The notes below the pieces were generated by a model. That model saw only the letters and a program-made list of their open reading frames with translations. It did no database searches and was not told the origin of the DNA. Below are positions 38,401-49,060 of a stretch of DNA of 64,000 nt, one piece after another. The number at the start of each line of letters is the position of its first letter. Position 1 is the first letter of the stretch. Location of the stretch: the NCBI GenBank assembly GCA_000934665.2, contig KZ538088.1, positions 1 through 64,000 on the forward strand, in the 5' to 3' direction. Made by a program: the position numbers and the translations under genes. This DNA comes from Catajapyx aquilonaris. Its lineage: Eukaryota.

Positions 38401-41400
38401 TGTCCCTTTATGCAATGGCATTTGGGAATATATGAGAGGGCAACAGGTACCCTTGGCATACACAAGAAAAACCTGTCAAAAGTGGGGGACACAGTGGAGT
38501 AGTGGTTAGCACCTCAGCCTTCCACCTCTAAGGTCCCGAGTTCGATCCCTGGATTGGACAGAGGATACTTATGTGGATAGAGTTTCGATGGGTTCTCTCC
38601 ATGTTCGCATGGGTTTTCTTGGGGCTCTCCCATTTCCTCCCACAATCAAAATCCATCACATTACAGGCAAATTATTAAAGGCGGCGAATTAAAAGATGAT
38701 CCCCTAAAAGGCCCAAGAGGCCTATCACGAGGTATCCATTATTATTATTATTAAAACCTGTCCAAAGTATCTCCTTTGCATGCTCATTCTAAGACCCCCC
38801 ATCCCACGACATTTCACTTGACACCACACAATTCTGACATCAAGTTTAGAGCCAACCCAAATATCATGCGACACTGATAATGTCTTTTTGCGAAATGTCG
38901 ACTCCTGGTGAATGTCGAAATTATCATAAATGTTGTGAACTTTCATAGAATACTTTAGTCTAGAAATTCACTTCACAAAATGTAACTTTACAGATAGTGC
39001 CTCTAGCCCATTTACAACTTATCTTACAGTACAACTTATGCGCTGTGACTCTTGGAAGGGACACATGAAAATGAGGTTGGGCTTGGTAGGGTAGGTCATA
39101 ATGACAGGCATTGACCTGCCTAGCTCCCCTCGAGGTGAAAATAGATAGGTCCGATGTGATCCCATGTGACAGGGACCACTACATGATGGTGGTCTTACAG
39201 GCTACAAGTGAGAACTCACAATTCCAACTAGATCTCCTCTTCCATATTCAGCCACCAATTCCTTCTTCCCATTGGAGTGAGTGATCACAGATCGGAGCCG
39301 CCCACACAGAACAATGTAAGTACAGTCGGACTCTTGAACTTGTCTGGTAAGAGAAATTCAATCAATTGACTAAATTCAAGCTTACTATTAAGCTTTTCAA
39401 CTCACTTGTACAACGGCATCCCACTTTCTAAAAACACCCAGTCCAATGCAAAGTCAATCTGCCGAACAAATGGTGACAGGCGCTTGACAACACTGTGGGC
39501 TACGTGCAGCACTATTTTGGGCTTCTCTGCCATTATGCTGCCAAGGAAATTTCAACAATCAGTAACTTCATAAGATGTAGCAATGGAGGAGTTAATGCCT
39601 TAGTTCACCTAAACCTATAACAAATTTACATGTGCAGAACAGTGCAAAATACAAAAAGGTTTCCTTCAAACAATTCAGTATCACAAGCCAGTTCATGAGT
39701 CACTCAAATTAGCCAAGGTTATAAAGGGTACTCCCCCTAAAACCCCATAAAACTTGCAGAAAAGGCATGCAGTGCAAAATATAAGTGGCAGAAATGTGCT
39801 GTGTGAATTTTCTGTGCTGAAAATTAAACTACTCTTAGAAAGTAAAGAAATACAAAGAATTAAAATATGCATGCCTGTAAAAGGTTGTCTTGGTGAGCAT
39901 GGCGACTTTCGAGGCAGACCTGGCACGTATGCTGAAAAAACTAGGTTCACCAGTCAAGACTGCTAATGCACCCACAATTTCCCCAGGGTGAGCATTGAAC
40001 ATGAGAATCTCCTCATCAATGTCTGGAACACGCTGCGACAAACTCAGGCTACCATTCAGCACCAAAATCAGTGCTGCATCCTACATGAAACAACAGAATT
40101 CAGTGAAAGGGGAGGGAAAAAATGTTAATTTTACATTACTATACCTTATGGGAATCCTTCTTCATGAGATAAGTTCCCTGGGGGACATCCCTGATGACAA
40201 CCTTTCCTCTGAGCAGAGCATCATCTGGAAGCCCTAGCTGGTTCTTAAACCCTTCTGTGGCCACCTGCATCATCGCTACTTCATCATCCAGAAACGGGTT
40301 GACTGTTTCACTCCTTTTACGACGTGCCGCTTCCGTTGTGCCCTAAACAAAATAAAGCGCCAGGTGTTTCACAGGGTGTGTCCAAAATATTTTGGCAGGT
40401 GAACTCATTATTCTCACAATACCTGTGCAGGTGAGCTAACTTTCCCAGGTGCACTTGGTTCGTATCTGACTCGATCTCCTGATGCAAACTCAGCAGTGTC
40501 TGTGCTATGCTCAGGTGAATCAGGAGGTTTGTTAAATTTTTCAAACTGTGATTCTGCAACAAGAAAATATTTTTAACGTAAATATAATTAATGGCATAAT
40601 ACATTACTAACCTGAGATTGTATGTGGTTCCTTAAAAAACAGGTTTTCCCTTGGCTTCTTTGTGGGTGACATTGCGATATATGGCACACTCTTTTTCCTC
40701 TGGACCCCCTGAAGGAAGGTAAAGAAGGTTTCCCATTAGTCACCGCCTCAATAACTCATCAGTTGCTTCATACCAAGTTGAACATCTCTGAACTGAGACC
40801 CAAGTAGTGATGTAATGCTGTGAAAGTGACCCTCTGCAGCCGCACCATGATGATTTGTATGACTCGCACAAAGGTCTCCGGATGCTGCTCAAACACCTCT
40901 TGAAAAGCAGCTACCGGAAGCCTCAGCACAACACTGTCCTCCATTGCTTGAGCAGACACAGTTCTGAATGGATGAGGATGGCCCTGTAGAATAAAAGGCG
41001 GGGAAATCAGTCAGCCCCAAAACAACTGGTTCATACATGCGTGAAACTTACAGTGAGAACATCTGTGAAGCTGAGAAGTGAGGCGATGTTGTCACCAGCT
41101 TTAACAACCTTAAGAGTGATTACTGAGCCATCTACTTCAGTGATAAATACGTTGAGGCATCCACTCTGCACCACATAAAAGTTATCATCAGGGGCGCCTG
41201 TAAAAAAAAAAAAAAAAAAAAGTGTCAAATTCAGCAATTTCATACAAAAACAGAGTCTGATGATAATAATCAGGGGAGGAAATAACACACCTATAGTGAA
41301 CAAATATTCGCCAGCTGGAATTGTTATTGTTTCCATGTGCTTGCAAAGCTCCAGAAACAGTGGCTGTTCAAACTGACCAAAAACCCTGCAACAAAGTAAT

Positions 41401-44400
41401 GATATTCTCAATTACTGCCTTGCTGTCATAAAATCAAATGCAAACACTGCCATTGTGTAATAAATTTGCGTCACTAACCGTATGCTCTTCAACATATACA
41501 GCACTTCCGATGGCAGCCTCTGATCTACTTTTTGTGTCACGTCTTCCTGCAGGTATTCTGCAGGTGGCTCCAAAACCTGCAGTTGTGGTGGCATTGTGTC
41601 CCTCTTCAGTTGAAGCAGCCTCCGAGCCAACCTCAGCACCAACTTCTTTTTCTTTCCTGGAGGACCTTTGGTCACCTGGCCTGATATTGACTTGACCTTC
41701 CGAAGCATCTTCCGTCCGTAGAAGAGGACTTTGTCCCGCTTCCTGAAGCGTGGCTTGGTTGATCCCACTCCAACGAGCTCCTTGACTTCTTCCACTGAAA
41801 TGAAAAATGTGATATCTTATCTGGAAAATATTACTATGATGAATTTGTTTTTACTGCAAGTAGGTTAGTTTAAGTCATTATGATGATATTGTTTTATCAC
41901 GATGAGCAAGCAATGCAGATAAGTCGAGGCAGTGTGTTGCAATTGTCTTTCACCATCACATGAAATCTTTTAACTTGACAATGAAAATGTACAAAATTGT
42001 GGTCCTCACCTTTACTCTTGACATGGGTGCGGCAAAAGAAGACCACTCCACTTGCAATTATCACCAGCACGAAGGCAACCACCACCAAAATGGCCTAAAA
42101 TAAATCAACACAATTACTCATATGAACATGTTACTTTTATGTAAAAAAAAAAGGCAAAATCATACATTCGCCTTTCCTGGAAACTTGGTTCTAAAATATA
42201 GGTAGCCTGGTTCTGATACTGGCCTACTTACTTATTGTATTTACTGTATTTACTGCAATCTGTACTTACGAATGGGCTCTCAAGGCGCCCCATAAGGATA
42301 TTTGATAATTATCCCTCCTCTTTCAATCACTTCTGCGTACGTTGACTGACATCAAGTTCAACATATTATGTACCCGACACTACACACTGGTTTGCTGCTA
42401 TAAATTAATAAAAAACATATTTTCAAAATCTACGTATGTAAGACAAAGTTTCTTTGTTTTTTTGTTTGCCCATGGCAACGGGATTTCGTTGGTATGATTA
42501 CCATGAAAACGGGCTGTGTGAAGAACAGGCTCCGCTGCTAGTACAATAAATTATATAGGGTGGTGCAAAAGATTGGGTATGGCGTATAGGCGATCGAACT
42601 GCGATTTTTTCGAGCAGCCACACTGTTGCACAGCCTTGTTTCATACCAAACCCACACCATCATGTATAACCACCATAGTCTTTGGAATCGTCCCAGAAGG
42701 AGCCACGACTACTGACAGCTCCTGTGTATATGATAAGCTCAAAAATCGGAAATGCTAATCGAGCAGGGGAAAACAGGAACGTGTTCTGGACTTCTGGTCG
42801 TCTCTAATTAACACTTAACTACCGACGTAAATCTGCCATACATTGGCTACGACGTGGGGTATTTTTCTACCCCACGCTGTTTTCATTTTTTAAAAAATTT
42901 GCCTTAATAGCACTAAAGCCATTCTTCTGCGCTACATTCGGCCTGTATTCTCATCTGTATGTGTAAAAAAAATCGATCTCCTGTGACCATTAGTTGAGTC
43001 ATAAGGGACTTGAAACTCCGTTATCGCACCTTCGTAGCCTTCCAGCTCGATGCCGTAAGTAATGACTTATAAGTTATAACGTAAACATTCCCAGCTGCAG
43101 GGTCTGCAAGATTTTAGTTTCGAGCAATATTTATTGCTGAATAACAACACTCACACTTTATAAAATCCAATTTTGCTGTGATGGGCTGTGATGTGCTCTC
43201 TCAAAAATTATGTACATTGGCTACGACGTGGGGTATATCTGGACCCCACAGGGATGCCTAGCAGCAGAAAAGTATCGGTAGCTCCGCAAAAAAAAATTCT
43301 ACTAATGTCAAAATTTTTCTTTGGATCGAAGAAAGTATGTCTGAGGAATATAGGCCTGCCATTTTTCATTTCATACAAAATTTATTAATCGCGATGGTAT
43401 TATCTACATTGTGGGGTAGAAAAATACCCCACGGCGGTAGTTAAGTGTTAAGGGCCAAAACGCGACTTTTGCGTAGTGGCTGGTTTTCATTTCCCACTAT
43501 GCAAAGTGAGAAGTTTCCCTGCATTCCGGTATTCGTTTTTTTGTAGGCTTTGTAGGTCACTTTTTGCCGGGGCAGGATGGAATGGGGGATCTGAAAGTAC
43601 GGAACGTGGGGGTGGCCAGCTAGACTATGCGGATGTATGGATGGATGGATGGATGGATGGATATGTGTATGATTGTTCCATCCTCGATGCAATGAATATT
43701 AAGCAGCCCCACCCCGAAATGTTTGAAATAGCATTAGAAATTACTAATTCGTGATTTTTGGGAAAAAGTGCTACCTATTTCATCAAATACACACCCATTC
43801 AAATCTTCCACATTCACCTAACCTCCTGTGACCTTGAACCGCAAAAATTTTTGCGCCTGTGGCGGGCTTCCTCCCCGCCATTTACGGCTTGTTCACCTAG
43901 TGCTTATGAAATGGACCCCCCTCAAAAAAAAAAATCTACCTACGCACCTGGCTTTGAAAACGAGGGGGGNGGGGGGGGGGGGGGGGGGGGAACATTAATA
44001 CAGAATAGTTCCTCCCCCAAAATTCCTCTCTGGATCCGCCCCTGGACAATATACTGTCATCCGAGTGACTCCCGTATGACACTGACTAATGAGTAATGGT
44101 TGGCAATGGATGACATTTCTTGTCAAGCCCAGCAGATCCTACCACTTCCTTGTAGATAACTTCTGAATTAAAAAGTGAAATGATGAGAGAAGAGTGATGC
44201 TGTTTCCTGCACTCCAAAAAGTCCCCTATACATAAACATGAAATAACAATACACGTGGTCCTTGTAATAAGTGGTTCACAACCTCAGTGCAGTCCTTATA
44301 ATCCATCTCACAGATCTATCTATGATCCATCTTTGCAGCAAGCGTTTGAATCCACCGAGATATCTTGAGCTGTCTAAGTATTTTGCCGCCGCCGCTTACG

Positions 44401-45048
44401 TCCGCCAGGTGGCGATGTCTGTGCATAGCCATTAATGCAGGGTACTGAACACCTTGGAATGCAGAATCTAAATCACTGAGCTCAGCTGCACTGGCGCGAG
44501 ATGCTGCTTTTGGATCGGCTTACACACAATTGACAGCTGATGTGATTGATCCCAATTAATTCTAGCCAGTCTGGCCACAAGCTGTGTTAACCTTGAAAGC
44601 ACGCAATGCTAATATGGAACATCATTCCTCCTGCCCCCCAACCTGTGGAACTTGCTGTTGATCCCTTTGGCCACACAAAATAAGTTCATCGTACTTCCCA
44701 ATTTATTCCCACTACCATCTCAATCCTCAGGCTGACATTGCAGTCAGTTTGCCTATTAGGAAGTGCGCATTGGTGAATGGCAATACCCAATTATTGTATT
44801 GCTACTTTATTTGCTAGGTCACAAATTGATGACTCAGCATTATTCATATGCAAATTGACATCATAGAACTTCCCCCGTTGGAATAAGTGAGGCTTGTGAC
44901 CTTGGATGCATACCGTGCTCCCCTTGTCCCTTAATTGGGCCAATATTACCTCAATGAAGACTACCAGGGAAGCTCTGAACGTCGTACACCATTGTGGCAT
45001 CACGCAGCAAGGCAAAGCACTGGGGATAAGGGGCCTGCACCTTGGCAT
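26459..45048 (-). CDS. sws: Swiss cheese / neuropathy target esterase (PNPLA6/7 orthologue), ~1291 aa
   Basis: Exons (5'->3'): 45048-44950 (putative; alternative 42293-42270), 42094-42010 (TM helix), 41794-41479, 41385-41291, 41197-41052, 40983-40774, 40708-40612, 40553-40423, 40342-40145, 40080-39875, 39537-39406, 39343-39220, 38350-38194, 37809-37660, 37251-36836, 35484-35329, 34812-34693, 34628-34442, [29396-29280 or 28548-28432], 27756-27545, 27458-27369, 27286-27082, 26764-26640, 26560-26459. All are phase-consistent (3876 nt). Motifs: [20 protein letters not shown], cNMP-binding domains, patatin GGGGARG, GVSIG (catalytic Ser), DGG/DGC (catalytic Asp). Confidence 0.95.
28432..28548 (-). 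CDS. sws: sws alternative catalytic-Asp exon B ([39 protein letters not shown])
   Basis: 117 nt, cag|...|gtatcc, phase 1/1, open, paralogous to exon A. Confidence 0.85.
28743..28828. mobile_element. Small palindromic MITE; second copy at about 29873-29978
   Basis: Both copies have tacta(c/t)attgctcaaaaa...aaatgcaaaatcgt...tttttgag(t/c)gatat. Confidence 0.65.
29280..29396 (-). CDS. sws: sws alternative catalytic-Asp exon A ([39 protein letters not shown])
   Basis: 117 nt, cag|...|gtaacc, phase 1/1, canonical [12 protein letters not shown]. Confidence 0.92.
31045..31727 (-). mobile_element. Non-autonomous mariner derivative with ~230-bp inverted arms and an internal transposase relic
   Basis: TA|CGAGGTCAGTTTGAAAAGTTTTGCC...GGCAAAACTTTTCAAACTGACCTCA|TA. 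The interior on the minus strand encodes decayed ILHHDNAR and PYSPDL mariner motifs. Confidence 0.85.
32097..33080 (+). mobile_element. Decayed Tc1/mariner-superfamily element (CAGGGTG ends, TA TSD) with transposase C-terminal relic
   Basis: TA|CAGGGTG...CACCCTG|TA. 32739-32890 encodes [36 protein letters not shown], resembling the WP..SPDL.P.DF.LWG.LK..VY motif. An inverted copy of this part lies at 32581-32660. Confidence 0.8.
32150..32580. mobile_element. ~430-bp spacerless palindromic (foldback) element nested in the Tc1-like element
   Basis: atggtatggttcc-gatgaaaatggacatgtacttaccttgta... mirrored about a centre near 32363 (aacgggcccgtt). Confidence 0.85.
33083..33483. mobile_element. 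MITE with ~40-bp TIRs and TA TSD; partial inverted copy at about 44298-44447
   Basis: TA|CAGTACCCTGCATTAATGGCCATGCACAGACATCGCCA...TGGCGATGTCTGTGCATGGCCATTAATGCAGGGTACTG|TA. Confidence 0.9.
35016..35274 (-). mobile_element. tRNA-derived SINE with V-domain-like core (copy 1)
   Basis: Minus strand has A-box tggtggagtggttagcgc, B-box GAGTTCGATCCC, core gagtttggatgggttctctccgtgttcgcatgggttttctcgtggttctcccatttcctcccac. Reverse-complement match to 38484-38753. Confidence 0.85.
35700..36590 (+). mobile_element. Internally deleted, decayed mariner transposon
   Basis: TA|CGAGGGCCGTTCAAAAAGAAACC...GGTTTCTTTTTGAACAGCCCTCG|TA. Transposase relic [11 protein letters not shown]...[19 protein letters not shown]...[17 protein letters not shown] with stops/frameshifts. 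Confidence 0.92.
37357..37443. mobile_element. 87-bp TIR-only hairpin element (34-bp arms, one mismatch, TA-flanked)
   Basis: tgtactatcggcgcggaaatggta(t)ggacacttg...caagtgtcc(g)taccatttccgcgccgatagtaca. Confidence 0.85.
38484..38753 (+). mobile_element. tRNA-derived SINE with V-domain-like core (copy 2), (TTA)n tail
   Basis: gtggagtagtggttagcacc, GAGTTCGATCCC, same core as copy 1, ends attattattatta. Confidence 0.85.
42812..43447. mobile_element. Non-autonomous piggyBac-type element
   Basis: TTAA|CACTTAACTACCG...CGGTAGTTAAGTG|TTAA with subterminal repeats cgtggggtatttttctacccca / tggggtagaaaaataccccacg and an internal duplicate cattggctacgacgtggggta. Confidence 0.88.
43637..43662. repeat. 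(GGAT)n microsatellite
   Basis: Read directly. Confidence 0.85.
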
Positions 45049-45597
45049 TCATTGAGATACAAGAGACACTGAGCCTGGAATTCGATTGTGCAGTGCACCA
45101 TTATTGTTCCATTCGCGCATGTTCTGAGGAATACCGACCCCTTCTCCGTAGTAGACGAGGCTGTGGGAGACTTGCAGGGCCCAGATGGCCTCCAGCCCTG
45201 CGCCCTCCTGCACCGCCCCCACGTCGCCCTCCTCCGCCGTGCCGAAGATGCTCATGGTCCAGACGACGACGACCCACCGACGCTGGGCCCGATGCTGACC
45301 ACACTTCCGATCATCTCGGGCAGAAGCCTAGAACTGCTGCTGCTGCGACACTCGAACGAACGGTGCACACATAACAGGCCAGGGATTGTCTAGAACCTTC
45401 TTTGCCTGGGAAGTGGCGGCATCTGGGAAGAAGGAGAGGAAGTCGCGTGTTTTCATTCAACAGGCGGCAGATGGCGCGGATGGCGTCGGCGCCCTTTTCA
45501 AATAGAGAGGCAACAAAAATATAAAATCACAACTTTTTATTTTGCATAATCATTAAGGAAGGTTCAAGCCCAATCCAAAAGACAGGTCAAAGGAGGA

Positions 45598-47599
45598 TTA
45601 CAGTTTGCCTCCGAACTTTGCGTGCTTGTTTTGGAGTGGTCCCTTCATGAACTTCTTGGAGTTCATGTACTTCTTGATGCTGTCGAGGTTCTCAAATCGG
45701 GTTGAGAAATTCTTCAGGTTGGGAGTAGATTCCATGCAGTCCGGTACAAGGTGCTTCAGTTGGTCAAACAGTTCGTACAGCATGAAATCCACAAAGGTCA
45801 GCTGAAATGGGCAACAAGTTATTCATGTGTATTATGATTTATATTAAAAATGAAAATAAAATTGAAATACGATCGCATTTTCCCACCACACTGAATACAG
45901 CACATTCATAGATTGGGTTTTGACCTTATCTCATTCTGTTGTTCATGATGCTGCATAATATTATTGATACTGTTGTACTTTTAGCATTTGTTAATAGATT
46001 GATGGTACTCACATTTTCACCTGCAAACCATTTCCTGTTTCCCAAATAATCAGAATACTGCTTGATCTTAGCAGGCAAGTCCTTGATAAATTGAACTTTG
46101 TCGTTTTCCTGGGGACAAAAAATGCACAATATTATTTCATTGTACCCTTATCGCTTACGTTTGTACTGAATGAATAGCAAAAACTAATATAGGGTTAATA
46201 ACATCTACTAAGAAATAATTCAGTGAATTTCAGTGTATGCCTCAGTACTTATTATTATGAAGCTTTCCGCTACTACTGTACTTACACCCCATAACATACA
46301 ACAGACGCAGCAGATTATTATTTCTCCATGAGCAGAAATAGTTCAAATGTATATACTTCAAACTACACAGATGAGCTCTTGCTTAAATGAGAGACCTGCA
46401 GAGGGCGGAAAATTTTTGGCAAACCTTAACGAATCCATTAAAAACAATATGTTTTTAATGGATTCGTTAAGGTTTGTCATAAATATTATCAGTTCCCTTT
46501 TTTTATTGGCCATTGTCATCATTTACTTATCCAAGAGAATGAATAAATAATAGGGCCTATGGATGAGCATGTCAGCTGTGCTTACAAAGTTCGGGTTGTA
46601 GCAGAGGCGATTCCAAACCCATCTGAATTCGTCGACTTGGGAGGCCAGAGTATCCACTCGAATCACCTCGCCTTCAGATTTCCCACACAGGCCATGCTTA
46701 CGAGAGATGTATCGCATTATTGCAATGCTCTCTGTCAGCTTCAAATCTCCATCGATGTAATATGGCAGCTAAAACATGGGAAATCATAATAAAATTTAAA
46801 ATCATTTGCATGGCTAATTGTCACATGAAATGTGCTGCTTCCAGGCGAACCACATATCCAATTAAAAATATGACGTGCATTGCAGCATGCAGTAATTGAT
46901 ATTGTGTTAATACTGTATTACCACTAAGACTTGTAGAGAATAGCACTTGTAAATTGTAATCTTAGATAAGATAATGAAATTACGTTAGGAAAGTCAAGGC
47001 CAAGCTTGTTCTTGACATCCAGCCATTGAGACTTATCAAAGTCTGGGGCTGGTCCACTTTCGTAGATCTTCTGCTCATATTCCGTCCCAGTGTATTCCAG
47101 CAGAAATCGAATGGGCTGAGCGATCTGGAACAAAAAGCAAAGAAGCTTATCGATCCTATCAGTCACGGCAGCGTCAAGTGCACATTCACATATATTATCG
47201 ACGAATTTTGGACTCCGGCTGAGCAAATACTACTGTATATTGCTTCTGGACAGTCCCAAGTCGTCTCAGGGACTGCTTCTAATCCAAAATAAAATAAAAT
47301 AAGCTGATCCAGGCAACTCGAACGACTTGGAACTGATCGTATGCCGACATTATCTCGGGTGGATTTGATCGAGATGTGCGCCTAAAGTGCCCCACAAAAA
47401 ATCCAAGGTGGATGCTGCATTATAGTCTATTCACTCTATTTGCATACCTAACAGTAAGAGCGAGTTTCCAGGCAATTTCACCTACTACAGTATATATAAA
47501 GTCGACCTAGTACCGCTATTATCAGATGCATTGTTTTCGAAAGTGTGCGCAAGACAAACATACCGCTCGTATTTTCCAGTATCCAAGAACAGGTGCCAT
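45598..47599 (-). CDS. Glutathione S-transferase, Mu class (paralogue A), 219 aa
   Basis: Exons 47599-47564, 47124-46984, 46768-46586, 46108-46013, 45801-45598 (all phase 0). [23 protein letters not shown], Mu-loop [42 protein letters not shown]. Confidence 0.95.
46420..46476. repeat. Perfect hairpin, 27-bp arms with 3-nt loop, in GST-A intron 3
   Basis: caaaccttaacgaatccattaaaaaca-ata-tgtttttaatggattcgttaaggtttg. Confidence 0.9.
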
Positions 47600-48799
47600 G
47601 TCTTTCTTCTTGCAGCTGCAGTCCAGGAAGAATTTGTCGCCTTGCTTCAGCCGATATTATACCAAGGCGCTATCCGTGACTCAAGGACGTTTGCTTATTG
47701 CATAAGTACGCCCTTGGGTTTCACATGCATGCTGTTGAAGTGCTGTTGAATGTGGCGCAGCTTGGTGCCTCCCTCTCGCAGCAACTACAGGTGTTATTCG
47801 CGAGAGGGACCTACAAACTACACAGGAGGACTCAACTGGACAGAGAGCTTGTATTTGCAGTATTATTTTGTCCGTTTATGTTTTTATTACATCACTGATA
47901 TGGATCATACGTAGGTGCACTGGAACCATAGACAAGAAAGTTGGCATTTGAATTTAACCTTCTCAGGGACAGATCTGTCAATACGCAATGAATCCTAATT
48001 GTGTAATTGCAAAAGATTGCAGCACAAGCTTAGCAAAAGTATCTTGTTGCACCACTGACATGTGGGAATGAGACACGATGGTAGGTGCTCAGCACACTAC
48101 ATCAAGAGTTCACAATCAAGTCTGGGGTTATGAATTAGTGAGGCAGCTTGTCTCCCCTTGCCTGTTGCTGTCCTAGGCACTTGAAATAAAGTTGTTAACA
48201 TTATTTTTTATGACATACCAGCCAGCTTAGATGTTGACATAGAAATCCACCCATCAGGCAAGTTGGAGTGACACACTGGCAAGGATAAGCCATTGAATGG
48301 GGGTTGTATGATCATGTTTTTGCTTCCAATTTCTCGTCATGATCCAATCATACCTGCACTTTTGCAACATTGACCACTACTCCTCATGCTGACTTTCTCT
48401 GTGCCTATGTGTAGCCATGTAAATGCCTCTGTAGCTGATTTCACAATTGAATTTTTCAGGACTCCATTCCAAGGCATCATCAACTAATCTCCTGCTCAAG
48501 GTGGATGTCATAATGCAGACGCTATGGAACGTTGACCTAAAGGATCGACTCTCATCCTCACAAAATAACTAAAAACCTGGAAGTACTACCTAATTCCACT
48601 TCCTTACATGCACTTATTGGATGCAGTGTATTACCTTGATGCACTGTATTGGAAGGAAATGGCAGTTGTATTGTCATTACGTACAATCTTAATTCACGAA
48701 TCTTCTCACTTCTTACATCAATAACAATATATCAATTTGCATTCCCATGGAAATGCCTTTTTAAAAATATGGCTATTTACCTCCTTGCATCGTACCGCA

Positions 48800-49060
48800 G
48801 GGAGGGAACCTTTATTTCATCTTGATGGAACCTTTTTGACCCATGGGCATGGTGACTAAGGTGCAAGTGCAATTCTCAAAGGGTACATTTTGTGAACTCC
48901 CCCGGGTGGATTAGTTTGAGGAGATTCCACCCGAAACGAAGCCAGAGACGACCCAACTCAGCACGAGATGAAGGGGGAACCCCGGGCTGGGATCGAACCC
49001 GGGACCTTAACATCCGTGGGCACATTTCCGCAGCACCACTTCGTCTCCCCTACGAAATGC
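48800..49060 (-). mobile_element. Probable tRNA-derived SINE between the GST genes (ends approximate)
   Basis: Minus strand aaggtcccgGGTTCGATCCcagcc B-box followed by a GC-rich body. Confidence 0.5.

Noticed and set aside
43963..43990. Poly-G run as a G-quadruplex element (also poly-C at about 54343-54363)
   Set aside because: Both runs contain an N, so lengths are assembly-uncertain, and they lie in probable hAT-like remnants.
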